DNA from: a virus
Lineage: Duplodnaviria; Caudoviricetes
DNA: 64,000 nt
Strand: one strand, 5' to 3'
Virus record (IMG/VR): IMGVR_UViG_3300029955_000001
Part shown: positions 57,797 to 64,000 of the stretch, piece after piece
Numbering within the stretch: position 1 is the stretch's first letter
Layout: every line of letters begins with the position of its first letter
Notes under the pieces: generated by a model
The model's database searches: none
Seen by the model: only the letters and a program-made list of their open reading frames with translations
Told to the model about the DNA's origin: nothing
Translations under genes and position numbers: made by a program

Positions 57797-60265
57797 ATGA
57801 ATAAATTCGCACGAGTTGGATTAGTGTTGGCTATGGAAGAAGCAAAAGTTAAAAAGCCTATCGATGAAAAGAAAATTCATAAAGGTAAGTTTCATGAATG
57901 GTTAGGTAAAGATAAAGACGAACCTATCACCGATGCTGATATTGAAAAGGGTTTGGCGTCCGATGACCCTGAAGTTCGTAAGATGGCGAACTTTGCAAAG
58001 AATGCTCGTAAGTGGAAACATAAGAAAGCTAAAGTAGCTGCTGAAGCAATAGCACAAGAAGGTATCACAGGCGGAGCAGCTGTAGGCGCACTTGTTGGAT
58101 TAGTTGGTGGTGGTCCTGCTGGTATAATTCCTGGAGCTGTCATAGGCAGCATAGCAGGTTGTGTGGATGGTGGTAAGGATCGTGAGCTACAAAAAGATAT
58201 TACTAAGCCAAAGACGCATCGCGGTATTGTTAATGAGAGTGCTGTTATTGAAGGTGACTTGGCTAGCTCAGATAAGACAAGCACGCTGAATACCGAATCT
58301 TTAGGAAAAACTACACTCACTGCTACAGGTCTATCTGGTGGTCCGACTAAGGAAAAAACTTTTACAACTGAGCAACCAGATAAACCTGAAGCTAAGGAAA
58401 TTCCTGCCCCAGCTAAAGCAAAAGCTAATCCTTCTTTAGAAGAGATTACTCTGACGCTGGAAGACTTGGAAGAGTTTGAACTTGATGGCGGAAGTTATTT
58501 AGAAGAGCCAGAGGAATTAGAAGCTGGTACTTCGCCAATTAATAGCGAGACTACTCCTGCTGTTACGGATGGCAATGCTCCTGATGCTAATGGAAATGAA
58601 CCAGGTCATACCGTTACTTTCACCAATCAACAAGTGATGGCACATGGTAAGGCAACTATTACTAAATTAGTTACTGATTTAGTGAATACGCCTTTGAACC
58701 CAGATGCGCCTGTGGAAGAAGATCTAACAATCACTGGTCCTGTTGAAGATATAAATCCTTCTGAGAAGTCTGTCGCAGAATGTATGGAAGCATTAGTATC
58801 GTTAGAGTCTATTGCTAACGTTCTTCGTAAGTCTGTTCGTGAAGGTGGTGTGAACCGCGCAGGTGCTGAAATCTTAGCTATTACGACACAGGACCAGTTT
58901 TCAAAAATGGGCATCAGTACTAAAAACAGAATGCCTGCATTGGAATCATTCGATAGCTTTGGGCCGCGTATCAGTTCCACACAGATGGCTTTGGAAGGAA
59001 TCGTCTCTGGTGCAAAAGAGATTCTTGTTAAGCTATGGGAATGGATTAAGAAAGCTGTTGAATGGATTAAGGGTTTCTTTAAGAAAGCTGAAGTTCAGAA
59101 TGCGCAGACAATCGCTCGTGCAAATGAGATTAAACCATTCTTGGATAAGTTGTTTGAAATAGAACGCGATATTACCGATAAGCATTTTAATAGTGATGCG
59201 GTATTTGCCGAAGGCAGAGCAGCTGCTAATAATGGTAAGAGTGTTCGCTCTAATCCTTACATCGATGGTGGGGAATATCATCACAGTTGGCACGCTGGTA
59301 ACGATTTCGGTAAAGCTGGATCAGAAACTGTTTTCGGTAACAAGATGAAGAATGCTGCTCCTGGTTATAAGGATGCGCAACTAAACAGAGATAAACTGAA
59401 GAAACCATTATCTGAGGATGAAGTCAATAAAACAATGGACGCGACTACATCTGGCGAATCAATCTCTCATGAAGACGCTGCTGGTTTTGAAATGAATTCT
59501 GACTCTATCTCTGATCCTGGATTATTTTCTTCTTTACAAATCGGTGGTACATTACCGAACTTTGCTACTGCGTTAAGAAGCTATCACAGCATTTCTGATT
59601 CAGTTTTAAAAGACAATGACGCACCAATCAAACATGAGGCACAAACGTTGGTTGATAGTTTTGAAAAAGGTAATTTTAATAACTTGTCAGAAACATTCAA
59701 GTTACCTAGATTTACTTTTAAACCAATGCATCCTGCACACAATGATTTAGATATGTCTTTGCCAGAAGGCGTTATAAAGATTGAAACTGATCGCATGTTT
59801 GGTAACGTAGCTTTAGCTGGAATTGTTCCTACTAGTGATTTAGCAGGGGAACAGGCAATTAAAGCATTGACAGCTGCTAAAGTATTCTTGGAAAAAGATC
59901 AAGCTGAAGGTGGGCATAAAGCCACTGATTTGAAAATACTGACAAAAGAAGAATGCAGAGCAGCGTTTGATACTGTGATGCAAATTTCTTCATGTGTAAC
60001 GTCGGTACAGGATCTTGCACTGTTCTCAGAAGACTTGAAGAATAAGTTGATCAAAGCTAATCAGCGAATTATAGCCAATGGTGCCGACGATACACAGGAC
60101 GCAAATGATGAAAACAAACATAAGGAGGTCAATAGTATTGTCGCAATCAATCGCGGCATTATTAAACTATTGGATCAACCTGGTTTGTCGTATGTCGGCT
60201 ACGCTATAAAAACAAACAATGCTCTCCTCACGTATATTGAGAAGTCAATACAAGCAATGAACTAA
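57797..60265 (+). CDS. Inner-head (ejection) protein of the phiKZ gp93/gp162-like family with long propeptide
   Basis: SLESI...PALESF...ALEGI...KLWEWIKK signature; multiple S/A-X-E cleavage motifs; 822 aa. Confidence 0.75.
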   Translation: MNKFARVGLVLAMEEAKVKKPIDEKKIHKGKFHEWLGKDKDEPITDADIEKGLASDDPEVRKMANFAKNARKWKHKKAKVAAEAIAQEGITGGAAVGALVGLVGGGPAGIIPGAVIGSIAGCVDGGKDRELQKDITKPKTHRGIVNESAVIEGDLASSDKTSTLNTESLGKTTLTATGLSGGPTKEKTFTTEQPDKPEAKEIPAPAKAKANPSLEEITLTLEDLEEFELDGGSYLEEPEELEAGTSPINSETTPAVTDGNAPDANGNEPGHTVTFTNQQVMAHGKATITKLVTDLVNTPLNPDAPVEEDLTITGPVEDINPSEKSVAECMEALVSLESIANVLRKSVREGGVNRAGAEILAITTQDQFSKMGISTKNRMPALESFDSFGPRISSTQMALEGIVSGAKEILVKLWEWIKKAVEWIKGFFKKAEVQNAQTIARANEIKPFLDKLFEIERDITDKHFNSDAVFAEGRAAANNGKSVRSNPYIDGGEYHHSWHAGNDFGKAGSETVFGNKMKNAAPGYKDAQLNRDKLKKPLSEDEVNKTMDATTSGESISHEDAAGFEMNSDSISDPGLFSSLQIGGTLPNFATALRSYHSISDSVLKDNDAPIKHEAQTLVDSFEKGNFNNLSETFKLPRFTFKPMHPAHNDLDMSLPEGVIKIETDRMFGNVALAGIVPTSDLAGEQAIKALTAAKVFLEKDQAEGGHKATDLKILTKEECRAAFDTVMQISSCVTSVQDLALFSEDLKNKLIKANQRIIANGADDTQDANDENKHKEVNSIVAINRGIIKLLDQPGLSYVGYAIKTNNALLTYIEKSIQAMN

Positions 60266-60277
60266 AGGAAATAAGTT

Positions 60278-62683
60278 ATGGCTGGTTTTATTCCACCAGT
60301 GGGAACAAAGGGACTTTGGACGTTACTGGCACCATTCAATGCTAGTCTACTTCCAAATGTCTCTTATACCTGTATTGCTATACGAAATATATCTGACGTA
60401 ATAGCGGCAGGTGGTGACCCGCAAGCATTGTTTTATACACCAGCTGGTTTATCGGCTGATGTATACGAAGCCGATTTAGCGAGTGATGTATCTATTCTTA
60501 CATTGCAAAATCCATCAGGATTAGTTGTTTATGTACCAACAACTTATCTAACAAGTTATCCAGATGCTGGTGGAGTCCCATATAAGACAATTATTTTGGC
60601 AGTAAACTTAGGACCAGTTCCAGAGTCATTGAATTTATCCTATTTACAATCGAAAATAGCAGACAGTGTCCAGGAGATTATAGGTGTAAAACCGGCTATT
60701 ACTCCAGTAGGAGCAAGCGCTACAGTTATTATACCTAATGCCCAAGACAGTGCTATTGTTGCAGCACGAGCGGCTATCGTCGGGACTGTTACTACTGATT
60801 ATGCAAAATATCTTACTGCTCAAAATCAGTTAAATGCTGCTTTGCAAAAGATAGGTATTCTTGAGAATTACATCAAAAGAACACCGATGCTTCCACTGCC
60901 GCCATTCGTCACTATTACTGATATAGCGCCAGTCTCAGGTGGTTCTTTGTCGTTGTATAATCAAGCGATTACGCTAACAGCAGCTACAACACAAGGTAGT
61001 ATTGAAGTTATAGCCTATAGCTTAGATAATGGAAATACATGGAGTAATTTTTTAATTACACCAGCACAATCTATTACTAACACATGGCCTCTTGTTTTGC
61101 CTGTCGGTACTAGCACAATTAAGTTGAAAGCTACAGATACAAACGGTGCAGTTTCAGCTATAGAAACGATAGTAGTACTAGTTGAAGCTACTGATGTTGT
61201 TTGGATGATGAATACGACTAGCACGGGATCTACTATTACTTTATCAAATGGTCCGATAAACACAGCAATTACTTTATCGGGCACGTATGAACCAAGTAAC
61301 ACTGCTGTCAGTAATCTAGCAATAGGAACAACGGACAATAATGGTAATCTAATTACTTCTGTTGTTCCTATGACATTTAACACTGATCTTTATTTTGATT
61401 ATGTTTTAAAAGCACCAAACAACGTACTTATCAACAGCGGTATCATGACGCCGATTGGTAATGTAGCGGTCCCGCCTGCTTTACCTGCCACAGTTCCTGT
61501 GGTTACTACAGTAACATTGAATTCATCGAATACTGAATGGATAGCCCCTGCAAATATAACGATGATAACAACAGCCGTTGGTAAGGGTTCAGATGGCACT
61601 CCTACGCTTGCTGGAACGGCGTCTGTTGCGTTTGGGAACACATTCCCAGGCGGGGCTATAAACACAGCGGCTTCGTCAGTAACGTTTAGTGATATCTATG
61701 TTATCCCTGGAAACGACTATCCTGTTTCTATTCCAGTCGGAGGATCACTTGAGCTTACATACAGCACAAATGTAGGTTCGGTAATACCAACTGTTATATC
61801 GGTAGCTTTAACGTCTGCTGCAACAACATGGACACCGCCAACTGGGGTTACTAATTTATTATCCGTTAGTGGATTTGGCACTGCTGCTGTACCGGTATAT
61901 ACGGAAGAAACTACGTCATTTACGATTGCTACTCCTATTACCATTAGTACATATCCATACGGTCCTGGCATATCGACGGGTGTTCTAACAAATCCTGTTA
62001 TAGGTGATGGTGGTTCGGCGTATGTAAATAGTCCTAGTTCAAATACTACTGTTGTTACGCAGCCTACGATAGTGCAAAATCCTGGACAATTGTTTTCTTA
62101 TGCTGCTCCAGCATTAAGCGGTATAACTATAACAGGTACTGTTGCAGATGGAACGTATACCCTTTCTGGTCAGACGTCAGTAGGTGTGTTGTTAATACCT
62201 ATTATTTCTGTAACAGTAGCGGCAGGTGTTGCTACTGCTGTTACTGTTGTAGACGCAGGTTCTGCTTTATATCAAGATTCACCAGAGGTTTGTACGTGGT
62301 CGTCCGGTAGCAACGCAATTAACGTTTCTCTTACATCTAGTATAGTTACTAATTTATTACCGAATGGTTTTTGGTCAATTACAATTAGTGGTGGGTTGTT
62401 TACATGCACTACGGGTACTCCTAATGTTGCTGCAAATTGGGGCGGTGGCGCTTATGGCAATATTCACGATATATCCTCTTCTTTAGTAGGTGTAGTAACA
62501 TCTAATGTATTGACTAGTTATACACCAGGTGTAGCGGCAACTGCTATCGGAGAAAGTTTTCCAGGTGGGACAGGTGCTGTATTGCCAACGACTGTCTTTA
62601 ATAATGTTTCTGTTATTCCAGGCCAAGCTTATCCTGTTGACATACCCACTGGTGGTTCGGTTACTGTTAGGTATTTGTCCTAA
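60278..62683 (+). CDS. Conserved phiKZ-like N-terminal domain fused to about 600 aa of beta-rich adhesin-like domains
   Basis: PPVGTKG.WTL..PF...Y.C.AIR...VP...I...VNLGP.P N-terminus; T/S/G/V-rich C-terminus with two related modules. Confidence 0.6.
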   Translation: MAGFIPPVGTKGLWTLLAPFNASLLPNVSYTCIAIRNISDVIAAGGDPQALFYTPAGLSADVYEADLASDVSILTLQNPSGLVVYVPTTYLTSYPDAGGVPYKTIILAVNLGPVPESLNLSYLQSKIADSVQEIIGVKPAITPVGASATVIIPNAQDSAIVAARAAIVGTVTTDYAKYLTAQNQLNAALQKIGILENYIKRTPMLPLPPFVTITDIAPVSGGSLSLYNQAITLTAATTQGSIEVIAYSLDNGNTWSNFLITPAQSITNTWPLVLPVGTSTIKLKATDTNGAVSAIETIVVLVEATDVVWMMNTTSTGSTITLSNGPINTAITLSGTYEPSNTAVSNLAIGTTDNNGNLITSVVPMTFNTDLYFDYVLKAPNNVLINSGIMTPIGNVAVPPALPATVPVVTTVTLNSSNTEWIAPANITMITTAVGKGSDGTPTLAGTASVAFGNTFPGGAINTAASSVTFSDIYVIPGNDYPVSIPVGGSLELTYSTNVGSVIPTVISVALTSAATTWTPPTGVTNLLSVSGFGTAAVPVYTEETTSFTIATPITISTYPYGPGISTGVLTNPVIGDGGSAYVNSPSSNTTVVTQPTIVQNPGQLFSYAAPALSGITITGTVADGTYTLSGQTSVGVLLIPIISVTVAAGVATAVTVVDAGSALYQDSPEVCTWSSGSNAINVSLTSSIVTNLLPNGFWSITISGGLFTCTTGTPNVAANWGGGAYGNIHDISSSLVGVVTSNVLTSYTPGVAATAIGESFPGGTGAVLPTTVFNNVSVIPGQAYPVDIPTGGSVTVRYLS

Positions 62684-62700
62684 ATATAAGAGAGGTTTAA

Positions 62701-63126
62701 ATGAAGAAGATACGACCAGGTTTAGTAGAGGCAATGGAGGATAATGCTGTTGCTCCAAATAACGAAATAGAAATAGAAGTTCCAGAACTAGAGAAGGACA
62801 AGAATGCTGCTATTTTATTTTCTAAAAATAAAGCATTGGAAGAAATTAAAATTTTCTCAGAAGTAAAACAGTCCTTAGAATCACTCACAGAAGACTTGTT
62901 AAAAACTGCTGCTAAAGGTGGTTTGGATAGAACCGGAAGCGAAGTATTGTATATTACCCTAGAAAACTTATATGAAAGAGCGGGAGTTAGTACAGAAGGT
63001 GTGCGACCTGCTTTAGAATCATTTAATGCGCCTGGTGTAAGAATTGGTTCTACGTTATTTGCAGCTGAACGCATAACAGAAAAGATTAAAGAGATATCAG
63101 GTAAGATTACTGATCTTCAGAAATAA
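62701..63126 (+). CDS. Short paralog of the inner-head protein (propeptide region only)
   Basis: GGLDRTGSEVL...PALESF..PG.RI.ST aligns with GGVNRAGAEIL...PALESF...RISST of 57797..60265. Confidence 0.65.
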   Translation: MKKIRPGLVEAMEDNAVAPNNEIEIEVPELEKDKNAAILFSKNKALEEIKIFSEVKQSLESLTEDLLKTAAKGGLDRTGSEVLYITLENLYERAGVSTEGVRPALESFNAPGVRIGSTLFAAERITEKIKEISGKITDLQK

Positions 63127-63127
63127 A

Positions 63128-63190
63128 CAGCATAAAGCCTATACATTTCTCTAAGGTTTATCCAAAGGGAAATGTATAGGTAATATGCTG
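63128..63190. terminator. Bidirectional hairpin terminator with CAGCATA / TATGCTG flanks
   Basis: CCTATACATTTC...GGAAATGTATAGG 63138-63180; covarying variant of the CGGCATA/TATGCCG flanks. Confidence 0.7.
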
Positions 63191-63192
63191 TT

Positions 63193-63456
63193 TTAAGATG
63201 TTCCTGTTGTATTTGGACTACCGCTAATTATTGTAGCCCCACAACCTGCTTTATCTCCAACGTGAATAACAGATTTTCCATTACTTTTTAAAGTAGATGA
63301 TGAGGTAACAGATGTTGTTCCGTGACCCGGTATAGGGCAGGTGTGTTGATCGATGTTAACGCAAACCATTATTCCGTTTACTTTGAAATGTCCACTAGCA
63401 CTAGTCATGAAACCACCATGATCGCTAGAATCATTTAATCGTACAATTTCCGTCAT
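63193..63456 (-). CDS. PAAR-domain spike tip protein
   Basis: VRLND..DHGG, C...HG, GD...CGATIISGS. Confidence 0.85.
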   Translation of the reverse strand: MTEIVRLNDSSDHGGFMTSASGHFKVNGIMVCVNIDQHTCPIPGHGTTSVTSSSTLKSNGKSVIHVGDKAGCGATIISGSPNTTGTS

Positions 63457-63464
63457 GTTAACTC

Positions 63465-64000
63465 CTAATTAATGTTAGTGTTCGGAGAAGTAATATTAAT
63501 AGCAGAACCTGCCGTTATGTTAATTGTCCCTGGTGCGTTAATGGTAATGTTTGGTCCTTGAATATTAACTAATGATCCGTTTTTATTAATCATTTCTAAC
63601 TGGCTATTTACCGAATTTAAACTAAATGTATTGCCAACATCATCTTGAATCTGAATGAAACCTGTCTTAGCATTAACTTGTATATCGTATCCAAAAGGTT
63701 CACCATTCGCTTTTGATGTATGTAAGTGAGCTATACCCTCATGTGTTGATATTTCAGTAAAATAGCTATTCTCACCTGTAGTGCTAGCACCTTCGTCTTG
63801 TGTCCCACTGTACGCATGAACAACTGTTTCCAGTTTACGTAAATTAAGATCAAAACTATATTCTTGCCAGTAATATTTATCCTGATCAGCAAAACGATAA
63901 ATCATCACTGTTTCACCACGTCGTACATCTGGCGCAGTCTGTCTGTTTGAATCGCCTAGTGGTATCCATGTAGCAGAAATTGTATTAGTTTGATTTATAC
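63465..64000 (-). CDS. Central tail spike protein (phiKZ gp164-like); partial, 5' end outside the window
   Basis: Frame stays open to the edge: ...ATWIPLGDSNRQTAPDVRRGETVMIYRFAD..YYW; C-terminal beta-helix-like repeats; followed by PAAR. Confidence 0.75.
   Translation of the reverse strand, partial: INQTNTISATWIPLGDSNRQTAPDVRRGETVMIYRFADQDKYYWQEYSFDLNLRKLETVVHAYSGTQDEGASTTGENSYFTEISTHEGIAHLHTSKANGEPFGYDIQVNAKTGFIQIQDDVGNTFSLNSVNSQLEMINKNGSLVNIQGPNITINAPGTINITAGSAINITSPNTNIN

Noticed and set aside
1-64000. CRISPR array, tRNA, rRNA, transposase, reverse transcriptase/DGR
   Set aside because: No regularly spaced repeat-spacer series, cloverleaf, rRNA, transposase or RT motif found by eye; a tRNAscan/CRISPR scan was not run
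63193-64000. PAAR plus spike as a type VI secretion or novel contractile system
   Set aside because: Spike plus PAAR tip is ordinary for contractile phage tails, including phiKZ-like phages

Overview
A 64-kb AT-rich fragment of a phiKZ-like jumbo phage (Chimalliviridae-type) genome, made mostly of late/virion genes. It holds terminase large subunit, tail sheath and tube, prohead protease, three virion RNA polymerase (vRNAP) subunits, a 2633-aa gp181-like tail lysin, UvsX/RecA, RNase H, inner-head proteins, PAAR and a spike truncated at the window edge. Short accessory clusters add DHFR, DUF488-like, NADAR-like, SLOG and MazG-like genes. The main discovery is that the ORF track misreads 22.5-33.6 kb. 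This region is two vRNAP genes (beta-prime, ~541 aa; beta, ~1525 aa) split by four group I introns, which I reconstructed by hand from P/Q/R/S core elements, U-G 5' splice sites, terminal G and restored catalytic motifs. Three introns sit in active-centre motifs (ADF/DGD, GD/K, DD/PKR). Three carry an endonuclease ORF, apparently inside the P1 loop: two HNH types and one Zn-finger plus PD-(D/E)XK type broken by an internal TAA. Other signals not explained by the genes: a recurring hairpin + TATGCCG terminator motif, a ~325-nt non-coding element of nested inverted repeats at 1229-1553, a direct-repeat-flanked paralog cassette, and extra domains grafted onto sheath, lysin, head and tail proteins. 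phiKZ gene-number homologies come from recalled motifs and synteny, not from a database search.
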